A DNA stretch of 64,000 nucleotides, from the NCBI GenBank assembly GCA_041483135.1, contig JBGPFE010000020.1, positions 349-64,348 on the forward strand. Reading direction: 5' to 3'. How positions within the stretch are numbered: the first letter of the stretch is position 1; each line of letters begins with the position of its first letter. Origin of the DNA: Gammaproteobacteria bacterium (GTDB taxonomy: Bacteria; Pseudomonadota; Gammaproteobacteria; Burkholderiales; SG8-41). The position numbers were made by a program, and so were the translations under genes. The notes beneath the pieces are model-generated. The model was given only the letters and a program-made list of their open reading frames with translations. It made no database searches and was not told where the DNA came from. This document shows, piece by piece, positions 45,097 through 55,325 of this stretch.

Positions 45097-45483
45097 TTAT
45101 TTTCGCCGGAACGTGCTGCAGTACCTCGCATGCCCCTGCCACGTCTGTTCCACTACACTGCCGTCCCTGAAGATGAGCGTGCGTTCGCAGCGGGCGAGCT
45201 CGCTGCTGCCCGGCCCACCGCCGAATACCGTACCTACGCCCACCCCGCGGTTGCTGCCGAAGATGGCGAAGGGAAACCCGGGCCCGCTGGAAACCATGCC
45301 TTCGGACACCCACGTATAGCTTTCCCGGCCGTCGGCCTGCGTCGCATTACGGACGGGCACGCCCCACTGCGCTACGACCTCCTCGTGGCGCGCGCCGTCC
45401 CAGGAGTTCCTGGCCCCGTTGACGTCGGCGTCCATGGCGGCGCAACCGGCAAGCAAAACTGCGATCAGCGCTGTAGCCTTCAA
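45097..45483 (-). CDS. lipoprotein, function unknown
   Basis: MKATALIAVLLAGC lipobox; 128 aa. Confidence 0.6.
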   Translation of the reverse strand: MKATALIAVLLAGCAAMDADVNGARNSWDGARHEEVVAQWGVPVRNATQADGRESYTWVSEGMVSSGPGFPFAIFGSNRGVGVGTVFGGGPGSSELARCERTLIFRDGSVVEQTWQGHARYCSTFRRK

Positions 45484-45571
45484 ATCAGTTGCCCGTCAGA
45501 TCCTGCGGCAGGGGCGCGCATGAAGTCAGAACCCGAATCCCCGGGCATGTTCCCTTGTTTCGATCTACTCA

Positions 45572-46668
45572 TCAGCCCGCCCGCAGTTTCTTGAGCAGGG
45601 CCGGGTCCGGATCGACGCCAAGTCCGGGGCCCTGCGGCACCGTCAGACAGCCGTTCTTGTCCGGCATGATCGCGTCATGCATCACGTTCTCCGCGAAATC
45701 GGCATCGTAGCGCTCGACCAGACTCTCGTCCGGCATGGCGGCGATGCAATGGATCGAAGCCAGGAGTCCCGGGCCGAAGTACGCGGAATGCGGCACTACG
45801 GTGACGCCGAACGCGTCGGCGAGCGCCATGACTTTGCGCATCTGCGTGACGCCGCCCACTTTCGTCACGCTCGGTTGCGCGTAGGTGATCGCGCCCGCCT
45901 GCAACATGCTTTTGAATTCGGGCAGCATCGCGTTCTCGCCGGCGGCGGTCGGGATGCCGCCCTGCGCCTGCACGCGGGCTAGACCCGCATGGTCCTCCGG
46001 CGGCCACACCGGCTCCTCAAGCCACTTGAGATTGAACGGTTTCAGCTTGTGCGCCATATCGATCGCCTCGCCGACCGTCCATGGGCGTTGCAATCGACCA
46101 TGATCGGAACGTCGGGACCGGCGGCGTCCCGCCCGGCCTTGACCGGCGCCACCGTGATCTCGTGTAGTTTGAGGTGGCGGTAGCCGCGCTTCAGCGCGCG
46201 TTCGACGTAATGCGTAACGGCGCCCGTATCGGTGTAGCGCAGCAGGCTGGCGTAAGCGGGCAGCGCCTTGCGCATCGAGCCGCCGAGCAGGCGATAGAGC
46301 GGGAGTCCGGCGAGCTTGCCGGCGATGTCCCACAGCGCGATGTCGATCGCGGAGAGCGCGTACATCGCGGGACCGTTGCGGCCGACGCCGGCGAGATTGC
46401 GCTGCAGCTCGCCGACGAGTGCGCCGATCGCGCTCGGATCGCGGCCGACGCACAGCGGGCCGATGAAGGTATCGAGCGCGGCCTTGGTCGCGGTGAAGAT
46501 GCGGTGACCGAAACCCTCGCCCCAGCCGGTCACTCCCTCGTCGGTGTCGATGCGCACGAGCAATGTGTCCATGCTGGTGCGCGGTTTCCCGCCCTGTGTC
46601 GGCACGACCTTGCCTTCGATGATCATCGGCATGTTGACGACGATCGTTTCCACTTTCGTTATCTTCAT
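45572..46668 (-). pseudogene. mandelate racemase/muconate-lactonizing (enolase superfamily) gene with a 1-nt frameshift
   Basis: The N-terminal frame (MKITKVETIVV...IMVDCNA) switches to a second frame (PWTVGEAIDMAHKLKPFNLKWLEEP...) at the GGG run 46083-46085. One extra C on the coding strand would give VDCNAPWTVGEAI. Confidence 0.65.
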
Positions 46669-46675
46669 ATCGTCT

Positions 46676-46766
46676 GGAGAACGGTAAACGGTAAACAGAA
46701 TATGGAGAAAAGCAGCACACCCTTGCCCCGCTTTCCCTGTTTACTATTCCCCATTCCCTATTTCCC
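46676..46766. repeat. word hairpin element (GGTAAAC / GGGAAT words)
   Basis: GGAGAACGGTAAACGGTAAACAG...CTGTTTACTATTCCCCATTCCCTATTTCCC. The right arm overlaps the last 7 codons plus the stop codon of the adjacent CDS. Confidence 0.6.
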
Positions 46767-47253
46767 TGAGATACACCGGCAGATCGGTAGTCGGCGGACG
46801 GGCCGGCACCTGGTAGAACAGGTCGGCGACGAAGCCGCGGTGATAGCTCGTGTGGTTGACGACGTGCAGCAGGATCTCGCCGCGCGTCATCACGCCCGGG
46901 TTGCCGCCGATCAGCGTGAATCTGACCTTCTCCTCGAGCGCCGCGTCCGTCAGCTTGTCGCCCCATGTGACGTACCAATCGTCGACCGCCTGCTGCACGC
47001 GCCACAGCTCGGGAAGCGGCGGATGGTCCGGCGTATTGCGCGCGGCGTAGCCGTGCCCGCGTCCCTCGAGGTGCGCCTGCCAGATGCGGTCGATCACGTA
47101 ATTGTGGTTGAGCGTGTGGACCATGTTTTTGAACAGGCTCTTGCGCTCCTTCGTCGCTTCGCCGTCCGGCAGCCCGGCGACGGCATCGAACATGAGCTTG
47201 TTCGCCCACGCGTTATAGCGCGTGAGCATGCGGGCGGTTTGAGTGGTCAGCAT
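46744..47253 (-). CDS. DinB-family (DUF664-like four-helix bundle) protein
   Basis: YNAWANKLMFDAV...HTLNHNYVIDRIW...VNHTSYHRG His-triad pattern. ATG at 47253. Confidence 0.75.
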   Translation of the reverse strand: MLTTQTARMLTRYNAWANKLMFDAVAGLPDGEATKERKSLFKNMVHTLNHNYVIDRIWQAHLEGRGHGYAARNTPDHPPLPELWRVQQAVDDWYVTWGDKLTDAALEEKVRFTLIGGNPGVMTRGEILLHVVNHTSYHRGFVADLFYQVPARPPTTDLPVYLREIGNGE

Positions 47254-47416
47254 GGTCTGCCCCGTCGAGAAGGTATATGGGAGATTATCGCATCTGCGCA
47301 AGGCCGCTGCTCCCGGCCACTTACATCCGGCGCGTCCCCGGTTTCCTTTTCCCGGCGCGGGCCTTATGATGAGTTCTTTACCCGGCTCGCAGACCGGGCC
47401 ATCCAAGGAGAAACCA

Positions 47417-48802
47417 ATGGCGGGCGGCGCGACAGAAGTGCTGGCCAAATTCGCGGCCACGCTGAAATACGAGGACATCCCGGAGCGCGTCAGGGAGTAC
47501 TGCAAGAACGTGCTGCTCGATACGCTCGCATGTGCCGTGGCCGGGCATCAGGGCGAAGAAACCCACCAGGTTGCAGCGCTCGCGTCGGGGCTTGCACAAT
47601 CGGCGGAAAGCAGTGTCATCGGCGGCGACCGTTTGTCGCTCGCCGGCGCAACCGTGCTGAACGGCTACCTGATCACCGCCGTCACCATGTGCGACATCCA
47701 CCGTTCCACGCTCACTCATATCACACCGGAAGTGGTCCCGCCCGCGCTTGCCATCGCGGAGCGCGATGCGCTGTCGGGCCGCGAGCTGCTGGTCGCGTTG
47801 GCTGCCGGCTGCGAGACGACCACGCGCGTCGGCATCGGACTCGATTATCCGGAGTTTCGCAGGCGGGGCTGGCACGGGCCCGGCGTCATCGGACCGTTCG
47901 GCGCCGCCGCGGCCGTGGGCCGCCTGCTCGCCTTCGACTCCGACACCATGGCGAAAGCGTTCGGCCTGGCGGGCAGCCAGTCGGCGGGCACTTTTGCCGC
48001 ATGGGGAACCCCGACGGTCAAGTTCCATCAGTGCCGCGGTGCGCTGTCGGGATTGATGGCGGCGCTGCTCGCGCAGCAGAAATTCCTGGCGACGAGCGAA
48101 TTTTTCACCGCGAAGGACGGCGGACTCTATAACACCTACACGAACGGCGGACGCCCGGAGGCCGTGACCGAAGGTCTGGGACGGCGCTGGGAACTGGAAC
48201 AGATCGCACTCAGGCTGTGGCCTTCCGCGTCCACCATCCAGGGGATCATCACGGCGATGTTCGACCTGGTGGAAAAACACCAGCTTGATCCCGCCAAGGT
48301 CAAAAAGCTGCGCGTTGCCATGAGCAAGACCGCCGTCGACATGCATGGGATCTTCCCTCGCTACAAGGCGAAGTTCGAGGCACTTCTGTCCACCCATTAT
48401 GCGGCGGCGGCGATCCTGCACGACCGCGAGTTGTCGCTCGCCCAGTTCGAGCCGGCGCGCTACGACGACCCGCAGCTGCGGCGCTTCGCAGCTGAGCGGG
48501 TGGAAGTAAAAGCCGATCCCGAGCTGACCGGTGTGCAGGCGCTGGTGGAAGCGGACATGGCGGACGGCTCGACCATCGCCGTCCGCTGCGACCACCCGAG
48601 GGGATCCCCTGAAAATCCTCTCACGCGCGCCCAGATCGAGGATAAGTTCCGCACCTATGCGAGGGCCCGGCTCTCCGATGCCCACGTCGAGCAGGTTATC
48701 GGCGCCGTGACGCAGCTGGAAAAACTGGGCTCAACGCGCAAGCTGATGGACATGCTGAGAGCGGGCGGCGAGCGGCGGCTGCGCAAGTCGGCGGCGGCGT
48801 AG
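47417..48802 (+). CDS. MmgE/PrpD-family protein
   Basis: ATG at 47417 after AAGGAG. LAKFAATLKYEDIPERVREYCKNVLLDTLACAVAG. Confidence 0.85.
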   Translation: MAGGATEVLAKFAATLKYEDIPERVREYCKNVLLDTLACAVAGHQGEETHQVAALASGLAQSAESSVIGGDRLSLAGATVLNGYLITAVTMCDIHRSTLTHITPEVVPPALAIAERDALSGRELLVALAAGCETTTRVGIGLDYPEFRRRGWHGPGVIGPFGAAAAVGRLLAFDSDTMAKAFGLAGSQSAGTFAAWGTPTVKFHQCRGALSGLMAALLAQQKFLATSEFFTAKDGGLYNTYTNGGRPEAVTEGLGRRWELEQIALRLWPSASTIQGIITAMFDLVEKHQLDPAKVKKLRVAMSKTAVDMHGIFPRYKAKFEALLSTHYAAAAILHDRELSLAQFEPARYDDPQLRRFAAERVEVKADPELTGVQALVEADMADGSTIAVRCDHPRGSPENPLTRAQIEDKFRTYARARLSDAHVEQVIGAVTQLEKLGSTRKLMDMLRAGGERRLRKSAAA

Positions 48803-48808
48803 AAATCC

Positions 48809-48867
48809 GGGATTGAGTGATTTAGTAACCCAATCACTTAATTGCTTAATCACTAAATCACCAAATC
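48809..48867 (+). repeat. GATT/AATC word hairpin element, copy 7 (short)
   Basis: GGGATTGAGTGATTTAGTAACCCAATCACTTAATTGCTTAATCACTAAATCACCAAATC. Confidence 0.75.
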
Positions 48868-48880
48868 TGAGGAAGCACGC

Positions 48881-49864
48881 ATGGATCGCCGGACTCTGTC
48901 ATGCCTGCTGTTCGTTGTAATTGCGGCCTGCGCTTCGTGGCAGGCCGCCGCGCAAACGGCCGATTACCCCAACCGGCCAGTGCGGATCGTTGTCCCGCAG
49001 GCGGCGGGCGGCGGCGTCGACATCGTGGCGCGCGCAATCGCGCAGAAGCTTACCGAATCGTGGGGCCAGCAGGTGATCGTGGACAACCGTCCGGGAGCGA
49101 ACGGCATCATCGGAATCGAAGCGGTCGCCAAGTCCAAGCCCGACGGGTACACGCTCGCTGCCCCGTTCACTTCGGTCCTGACGATCAATCCTTTCGTGTA
49201 CAAATCGCTTCCGTACGACGCGTTCCGCGACTTCGCGCCGATCATGCAAAGCGTGAACAACATCATCGTGCTCGTCGTGAACCCCTACCTGCCGGTGCGC
49301 TCGGTGAAAGAGCTGGTCGCGCTGGGCAAGTCGCGCCCGGGCGATCTGGTTTACGGCTCGTTCGGCGTCGGCAACCTGACCCACCTGGCAGCGGAGCTGC
49401 TCCGCATCGAGACCGGCTTGAAGATGGTGCATGTGCCCTACAAGGGCGAGACGCCGGCGGTCACCGATTTGATCGGCGGCCAGTACGTGCTGCTGTTTGC
49501 GACATCTGCCGGCGTGAATGCCCATATCAAGGCAGGCCGGCTGCGGCTGCTCGCGACCGGCGGCGAAAAACGCGCGGCGGCGTATCCCGACACTCCGACG
49601 ATGGGCGAAGCCGGCTACCCGAACGCCTCGGTTACGGGATGGTCGGGGCTGGTCGCGCCGGCCGGCACCCCGCCGGAAATCGTGCAGAAATTTCAACGTG
49701 AAGCGGCGCGACACGTGCGTTCGCCCGAACTCGGCGAGCGTCTGATTGCGCTCGGCGCCGAACCGGTAGGCAGCACGCCAGAAGAATTCGCCGCCTTCAT
49801 CAGAGCGGAAGCGGACAAGTGGTCGCGCGTGATCCGAGAAGCCGGACTTTCCCTCAGCCAGTAG
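48881..49864 (+). CDS. Bug/TctC-family periplasmic solute-binding protein
   Basis: YPNRPVRIVVPQAAGGGVD, DNRPGANG, KPDGYT, HVPYKG. Confidence 0.85.
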   Translation: MDRRTLSCLLFVVIAACASWQAAAQTADYPNRPVRIVVPQAAGGGVDIVARAIAQKLTESWGQQVIVDNRPGANGIIGIEAVAKSKPDGYTLAAPFTSVLTINPFVYKSLPYDAFRDFAPIMQSVNNIIVLVVNPYLPVRSVKELVALGKSRPGDLVYGSFGVGNLTHLAAELLRIETGLKMVHVPYKGETPAVTDLIGGQYVLLFATSAGVNAHIKAGRLRLLATGGEKRAAAYPDTPTMGEAGYPNASVTGWSGLVAPAGTPPEIVQKFQREAARHVRSPELGERLIALGAEPVGSTPEEFAAFIRAEADKWSRVIREAGLSLSQ

Positions 49865-49876
49865 CGACCGAGGCGA

Positions 49877-50422
49877 TCAGACCAGAGGCAATTGCGCGCC
49901 GCCGTTGTACATCACCTTCCCCGCTACGATGCGCGCTACCGGATTCAGCGCGTGCGTCCCGGGCGCTCCGGCGCCTATCAGATGCCGCACTTCGACGCCG
50001 CGCGCAACCAGGCTGTCGGATATCAAATAGCGATGGCACTGCCACGGCAGCCGCTCGGCGCACATGATCGCCATCCGTTCCGTTTTACCGCGCTCGACTA
50101 ACTGCTCAAGCGCCGATGCAAATTCCGGCGTACTCATGTGGTCGGCGTACGCGCGGAAGCTCTCGTTTCTGAGCGCAACGTGCGGAGAGCCTGCGCGCGG
50201 CCTGCGCCTGCCGCCTAGCGCTTCGCCCTCCCACATGTAACGAATGCCCGCCTCCGCCAACGACATTGCAAGCGCTTCCTGCGCAAACTGCGGATGCCTC
50301 CTCGACGCGGGATAAGCGCGCACGTCAACCAATAGCCCGATCCCGGCTGTTTTGAGTAACTGCACGAAATCCTCGCCACTGCGATTGCCGTGGCCGATGG
50401 TATAGAGCGTGACGCTTTCCAA
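49877..50422 (-). CDS. DUF488-domain protein
   Basis: LYTIGHGNRS...LLVDVRAYPASRRHPQF pattern. Confidence 0.7.
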   Translation of the reverse strand: MESVTLYTIGHGNRSGEDFVQLLKTAGIGLLVDVRAYPASRRHPQFAQEALAMSLAEAGIRYMWEGEALGGRRRPRAGSPHVALRNESFRAYADHMSTPEFASALEQLVERGKTERMAIMCAERLPWQCHRYLISDSLVARGVEVRHLIGAGAPGTHALNPVARIVAGKVMYNGGAQLPLV

Positions 50423-50443
50423 TCCTCGATCCTCAATCCCTGC

Positions 50444-51175
50444 TCAGGCGCCGATTCCTACCTGCTGCCCGACTTTGAGGGCCAGTTTCTCCGCTGCATT
50501 GCAGGCGTTGCCGGCGATCTCGACCAGGCCCAGGCTGTTTTCGTACCAGAATACATCGCCCGTCGATACCTCCGAAAAAACGCGTGCATGATCGAGCCAC
50601 TTGCCGCCCACGACGATGCGCGTGTCGCGCGGCAGCCCCTGCGCGCGCAGGCCGGTGAAGGCGTTCCCGTAATGGTCGACGTAAATGATTTCGCCGAGGT
50701 CGGTGCCGCCGAATTCTACGCCGAGCCGCGCGGTCGGAGTGGCTTTACCGGCGGGAAATTCGCCGCGGGCGATTGCCGCGACGACGGGTGCGAACAGGTC
50801 GCGGCCATGAAACGATTCGGACAGCTGCTCCGGCTGCCAGATGATGCGCCAGTTAGCGCAAACCCGGGCGCGCGCGGCAAGCACCGACAACAAGCCGTTG
50901 TCGGGCCCGGCAAACCAGCGCTCATCGGCGTTGAGCGCGACAGCGCCACGCGTGCCCCCGACACCGGGATCGACCACCGCCAGCGTCACGCTGCCGTGAG
51001 GGATTTGCGCAGCACACGCGGCGAGCAGATGCGCGCTCGCCCGCACGTCGAACGCCGGTGCTTCGTGCAGCAGGTCGATCACCGCCACGCCGGGTGCCTG
51101 CTGTTGCAGCACTGCCTTGACCTGACCGACGTATATGTCGGCCACGCCGAAGTCGGTGAACAGAAATATGCTCAT
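50444..51175 (-). CDS. SAM hydrolase / SAM hydroxide adenosyltransferase family (DUF62)
   Basis: FTDFGVADIYVGQVK...VVDPGVGG.R...GPDNGLLS motifs. Confidence 0.75.
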   Translation of the reverse strand: MSIFLFTDFGVADIYVGQVKAVLQQQAPGVAVIDLLHEAPAFDVRASAHLLAACAAQIPHGSVTLAVVDPGVGGTRGAVALNADERWFAGPDNGLLSVLAARARVCANWRIIWQPEQLSESFHGRDLFAPVVAAIARGEFPAGKATPTARLGVEFGGTDLGEIIYVDHYGNAFTGLRAQGLPRDTRIVVGGKWLDHARVFSEVSTGDVFWYENSLGLVEIAGNACNAAEKLALKVGQQVGIGA

Positions 51176-51903
51176 GCCGGGGCGGCTCCGCGCGCGACAC
51201 TGTGCGCGGCGAGCACTCGCCTCGCGGCGGCGTCATCGATGTTGGCGACGTAATCGCGGAACAAGCCGGGCAGCCGCGCAAGCACCGCCGCCTTGCCGAG
51301 CAAATCGGCATCGCGTATCGCGGCGGCCAGCAGCTCCTCGCCGAGCTGTTGCAGCGCCGGCACGGCAACCGGCGCATAACTGAGATGCCAGGGCTCGGAA
51401 AACACGCCGCCGCGATATTCACGGTAGGGCCTGAAAAAACCGAAGCGCGCGACGTTGGCGGAAAGCCACCGGTGCAGTCTCTCGAACACGCCGCCAGGCT
51501 CCACCTCCTGCGGGAGCAGCTGCACGCGGTATGCGGGCGGCAGCGCCGCGCGATCGATGACATCGAGGTCGGACCCCCAGTGGTGCCGGCTCGCGCCAGG
51601 CAGCGCGCTCCAGCACAGGATCCCGTCGATCAGTTGCTGGTCATCAAGACCCGCGCGATCGCGCACGTTGCCGCGTTCGTCGTACAACGGCCGCTCGCCG
51701 CGGAATTTCTGGTTCCAGATCCGGCACTGGGTGTCGAAATCGCGGAAGCCGCTGAAAATCGACAAATCAATGCCCTCGCGCGCCGCCGCCTCGCGCATGG
51801 CGAGAAACGGCCCGATCGCTGCGGGATGCAGCGCCGCTCCCAGATCGTCGCGCTGCACGACGTGCGTGCGCGCGCGTCCCGTCAATTCCAATTCGTCAAG
51901 CAT
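51172..51903 (-). CDS. M15-family metallopeptidase (VanY/LdcB-like D,D- or L,D-carboxypeptidase), no signal peptide seen
   Basis: SGFRDFDTQ...SRHHWGSDLDV...EPWHLSY zinc-ligand layout. The stop overlaps the next start (ATGA). Confidence 0.7.
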   Translation of the reverse strand: MLDELELTGRARTHVVQRDDLGAALHPAAIGPFLAMREAAAREGIDLSIFSGFRDFDTQCRIWNQKFRGERPLYDERGNVRDRAGLDDQQLIDGILCWSALPGASRHHWGSDLDVIDRAALPPAYRVQLLPQEVEPGGVFERLHRWLSANVARFGFFRPYREYRGGVFSEPWHLSYAPVAVPALQQLGEELLAAAIRDADLLGKAAVLARLPGLFRDYVANIDDAAARRVLAAHSVARGAAPA

Positions 51904-52066
51904 TGCGGATCGCCGGATAGCACCATGCGTAATTATGGAACAAGATGCCCACCGGTGGGACAGACCCGGGTAAACATAGTAACTAACACCGTGCCGGCTC
52001 GCGGCGTTGACGCGAGCTTAACGCAAGCAGACGCATCGAACACGCCGAAATTCCGCTTCCGGAAAT

Positions 52067-52094
52067 AAAAAAAGCCGGCGCGGGGCCGGCTTTT
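52067..52094 (-). terminator. rho-independent terminator after rplQ
   Basis: Minus strand reads AGCCGGCCCCGCGCCGGCT followed by TTTTTTT, 20 nt past the rplQ stop. Confidence 0.75.
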
Positions 52095-52113
52095 CAAAAT
52101 ATCGCGGTTATTG

Positions 52114-52518
52114 TCAAGCCGCCTTGACAGGCGCTTTTTGTTTCTTGTCCTCAGCAACCTCCGGACGGTCGAGCAACTCGACCAGTGCCATCGGAGCGTT
52201 ATCCCCCTTCCGAAAACCGTACTTCAGTATGCGCAGATAGCCGCCGCTGCGCTTGGCGTAGCGCGGCCCGAGTTCGCCAAACAGCTTGGTCACGATGTCG
52301 CGGTCGCGCAGGCGGTCGAACGCAAGCCGGCGGTTGGCCAGCGACGGCGATTTGCCGAGCGTGATGATCGGCTCGGCGACCCGGCGCAGCTCCTTCGCCT
52401 TGGGCAATGTGGTCTTGATTACCTCGTGCCGCAGCAGGGACACGGTCATGTTGCGCAGCATCGCCAGGCGATGGCTGCTGGTGCGATTGAGCTTGCGCAG
52501 ACCTAAGCGATGACGCAT
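52114..52518 (-). CDS. rplQ: 50S ribosomal protein L17
   Basis: [24 protein letters not shown]... Confidence 0.95.
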   Translation of the reverse strand: MRHRLGLRKLNRTSSHRLAMLRNMTVSLLRHEVIKTTLPKAKELRRVAEPIITLGKSPSLANRRLAFDRLRDRDIVTKLFGELGPRYAKRSGGYLRILKYGFRKGDNAPMALVELLDRPEVAEDKKQKAPVKAA

Positions 52519-52531
52519 GAGGGTTCCCCGT

Positions 52532-53530
52532 TCAGACCTTTTCGAGACCGACCGGCGGCCAGTTCTCGAGCCGCATGCCGAGCGTCAGGCCCCGCGACGC
52601 GAGCACTTCCTTGATCTCGTTGAGCGATTTGCGGCCGAGGTTCGGTGTTTTCAGCAGTTCGGTCTCGGTGCGCTGGATCAGATCGCCGATGTAATAGATA
52701 TTTTCCGCTTTCAGGCAGTTGGCCGAGCGCACGGTGAGTTCGAGATCATCAACTGGCCTGAGCAGGATCGGGTCGATCTGCTGGGCTTTCGGCTGCTCGA
52801 CCTGCACCGGCGTGCCCTTGAGATCGGCAAACACCACCAGCTGGTCGACCAGGATGCGCGCTGCGTAGCGGATCGCTTCTTCGGGCTCGATCACGCCGTT
52901 GGTTTCGATGTCGACGATCAGCTTGTCGAGGTCGGTACGCTGTTCGACGCGCGCCGAATCGACCTGGTAGCTGACGCGGCGCACCGGGCTGTACGAGGCG
53001 TCCAGCACGATGCTGCCCACCGCGCGGCTGGTGGCGGCGCCTTCCAGCGGCTCGCCGCGGCTCGTGCGCACCGCCGCCGGCACGTAGCCGCGGCCGTGTT
53101 CGACCTTGATCTGCATGTCGAGCTTGCCGCCCGCGGTCAGATGCGCGATCACGTGGTCGGGATTGACGATTTCGACGTCGTGCATCGGCTCGATGTCGCC
53201 CGCGGTCACCACGCCCTCGCCCTGCTTCTTGAGCGTCAGCATCGCTTCCTCGCGGTTGTGCAATTTCAGCACGATGCCCTTGAGGTTGAGCAGAATGTCG
53301 ACCACGTCTTCCTGCACGCCGTCGATTGTCGAGTATTCGTGCAGCACGCCGCTCATTTTGACTTCGGTAGCGGCATAGCCGGGCATCGACGACAGCAGGA
53401 TGCGGCGCAGCGCGTTGCCGAGCGTGTGTCCGTAGCCGCGCTCGAACGGTTCCATCGTCACCTTGGCGTGGAACGGTGAAATGTTCTGCACGTCGATGAT
53501 GCGAGGCTTAAGAAAAGTACTGCTTTGCAT
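52532..53530 (-). CDS. rpoA: DNA-directed RNA polymerase alpha subunit
   Basis: 332 aa; [20 protein letters not shown] and C-terminal alpha-[19 protein letters not shown]. Confidence 0.95.
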   Translation of the reverse strand: MQSSTFLKPRIIDVQNISPFHAKVTMEPFERGYGHTLGNALRRILLSSMPGYAATEVKMSGVLHEYSTIDGVQEDVVDILLNLKGIVLKLHNREEAMLTLKKQGEGVVTAGDIEPMHDVEIVNPDHVIAHLTAGGKLDMQIKVEHGRGYVPAAVRTSRGEPLEGAATSRAVGSIVLDASYSPVRRVSYQVDSARVEQRTDLDKLIVDIETNGVIEPEEAIRYAARILVDQLVVFADLKGTPVQVEQPKAQQIDPILLRPVDDLELTVRSANCLKAENIYYIGDLIQRTETELLKTPNLGRKSLNEIKEVLASRGLTLGMRLENWPPVGLEKV

Positions 53531-53639
53531 GGCTTATTCCTCTAACAATTGCGGAAACCCGGGTCAGGTTTTCCCCAACCGAAGTTTCCCCTGGTTTGGG
53601 GTTCTACAAAAAGGGCGCCGCCCCCTGCTCAAATATTCC

Positions 53640-54266
53640 TTATTTCGAATAAAGCTCGACCACCAGCGATTCGTTGATGGTGGAGGGCAGATCGGTGCGT
53701 TGCGGCAGGCTCTTGTATTTGCCTTTCAGCGCGGCGGCGTCGACTTCGAGCCATTCCGGATAACCGCGGCTGGAGGCGGCTTCGACCGCCGCCTTGATGC
53801 GCAGATGTTCCTTGGCCTTGGCGACGACTTCCACCATGTCACCCGGCCGCAACTGATAGGACGGGATGTTGACGCGCTTGCCGTTCACCAGGATCGCGTT
53901 GTGACGCACGATCTGGCGTGCTTCCGAGCGCGAGGCGCCGAAGCCCATCTTGTAGGCAATGTTGTCGAGCCGCGACTCGAGCATCTGCAGCAGGGTTTCG
54001 CCGGTGACGCCCTTCTTCTGCTCCGCGGCATGATAGGTATTGCGGAACTGGCGCTCGAGCAGGCCATAGATGCGGCGCAGCTTCTGCTTTTCACGCAACT
54101 GCACGCCGTAACCCGACAGCCGGGTGTTTTTCTGGCCATGCTGTCCGGGCGGATAGTTGCGGCGCTCGATCGCGCACTTGTCGGTAAAGCACTTGTCGCC
54201 TTTGAGGAACAGCTTCTCGCCCTCGCGGCGGCATTGGCGGCATTTTGCGTCAAGATTTCTTGCCAC
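53640..54266 (-). CDS. rpsD: 30S ribosomal protein S4
   Basis: [26 protein letters not shown]... Confidence 0.95.
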   Translation of the reverse strand: MARNLDAKCRQCRREGEKLFLKGDKCFTDKCAIERRNYPPGQHGQKNTRLSGYGVQLREKQKLRRIYGLLERQFRNTYHAAEQKKGVTGETLLQMLESRLDNIAYKMGFGASRSEARQIVRHNAILVNGKRVNIPSYQLRPGDMVEVVAKAKEHLRIKAAVEAASSRGYPEWLEVDAAALKGKYKSLPQRTDLPSTINESLVVELYSK

Positions 54267-54278
54267 AGCCAGTTCTCC

Positions 54279-54668
54279 TTAAATACGACGGCGCTTCGGC
54301 GCACGGCATCCGTTATGCGGGACAGGCGTGACGTCAGCGATACTGGTGATCTTGAATCCGACCGCGTTCAGCGCGCGCAGCGCCGACTCGCGGCCCGGTC
54401 CCGGGCCCTTGATGCGGATCTCGAGATTTTTCACGCCGCATTCCTGGGCGAGCTTGCCGGCGCGCTCGGCGGCGACCTGCGCCGCGAACGGCGTGGACTT
54501 GCGCGAACCTTTGAAGCCCGCCGAGCCGGTCGTCGCCCATGACAGCGCGTTACCCTGGCGGTCGGTGATGGTTACGATGGTGTTGTTGAAGGAAGCGTGT
54601 ATGTGCGCGATGCCTTCCGCGACATTCTTCTTTACCTTCTTGCGAACCCGGGTGTTTGCTTTTGCCAT
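54279..54668 (-). CDS. rpsK: 30S ribosomal protein S11
   Basis: [18 protein letters not shown]... Confidence 0.95.
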   Translation of the reverse strand: MAKANTRVRKKVKKNVAEGIAHIHASFNNTIVTITDRQGNALSWATTGSAGFKGSRKSTPFAAQVAAERAGKLAQECGVKNLEIRIKGPGPGRESALRALNAVGFKITSIADVTPVPHNGCRAPKRRRI

Positions 54669-54697
54669 TGAGTTTCCTGCTTCCGCTTTAATCGTTG

Positions 54698-55075
54698 TTA
54701 GACCGTTACTGCCTTGATAATCTTGATCGCCGCCTTGCGCGGGCCCTTGCGCGTGCGCGCGTTGGTGCGGGTGCGCTGGCCGCGCACCGGGAGTCCCCGG
54801 CGGTGGCGCAAGCCGCGCCAGGTGCCGAGATCCATCAGGCGCTTGATGTTCATCGAAACTTCTCGCCGCAAATCGCCCTCGAGCGTGAACTTGGCGACCT
54901 GCTCGCGCAGTTTGTCCATGTCCGTATCGGACAGATCCTTGATCTTGGACGTGATCTTGATGCCCGCCGCCACGCAGATGGCGCGCGCGCGGCTGCGGCC
55001 GACGCCGTAGATCGCCGTCAGCGCGATTTCCGTGTGCTGATGATTCGGAATGTTTACCCCACCAATACGGGCCAT
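54698..55075 (-). CDS. rpsM: 30S ribosomal protein S13
   Basis: [26 protein letters not shown]... Confidence 0.95.
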   Translation of the reverse strand: MARIGGVNIPNHQHTEIALTAIYGVGRSRARAICVAAGIKITSKIKDLSDTDMDKLREQVAKFTLEGDLRREVSMNIKRLMDLGTWRGLRHRRGLPVRGQRTRTNARTRKGPRKAAIKIIKAVTV

Positions 55076-55150
55076 ATCGCTCTACCTTTTATGCTGAAAA
55101 CGTACGCTGAAACGAGTGCCAAAACGCCTGCTAAAAATAGCAAACCGGAG

Positions 55151-55179
55151 ATTATAACCTGTTAATTTGCATCAGTAAA
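55151..55179 (-). promoter_or_regulatory. candidate sigma70 promoter of the alpha operon (TTTACT-17-TATAAT)
   Basis: Minus strand reads TTTACTGATGCAAATTAACAGGTTATAAT, about 75 nt upstream of the rpsM ATG. Position matches the classical alpha-operon promoter. Confidence 0.5.
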
Positions 55180-55195
55180 TACCAAAATTACGCCA

Positions 55196-55309
55196 TCAGC
55201 CCTGACGCTGCTTGTGGCGCGGGTCCTTGCAGATCACGCGCACCACGCCTTTGCGGCGGATGATCTTGCAGTTGCGACAAACCTTTTTCACCGAAGCCCG
55301 TACTTTCAT
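55196..55309 (-). CDS. rpmJ: 50S ribosomal protein L36
   Basis: Below the ORF-track size cutoff. Translated by hand as [37 protein letters not shown]. Confidence 0.9.
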   Translation of the reverse strand: MKVRASVKKVCRNCKIIRRKGVVRVICKDPRHKQRQG

Positions 55310-55325
55310 TGCAAACTCCTTTATT

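Noticed and set aside
45572-47209. 545-aa ORF spanning the enolase-superfamily locus and beyond
   Set aside because: Only its C-terminal roughly 170 residues match the MR/MLE family. The remainder is Arg-rich read-through in the wrong frame across the N-terminal half and the neighbouring DinB-family gene.
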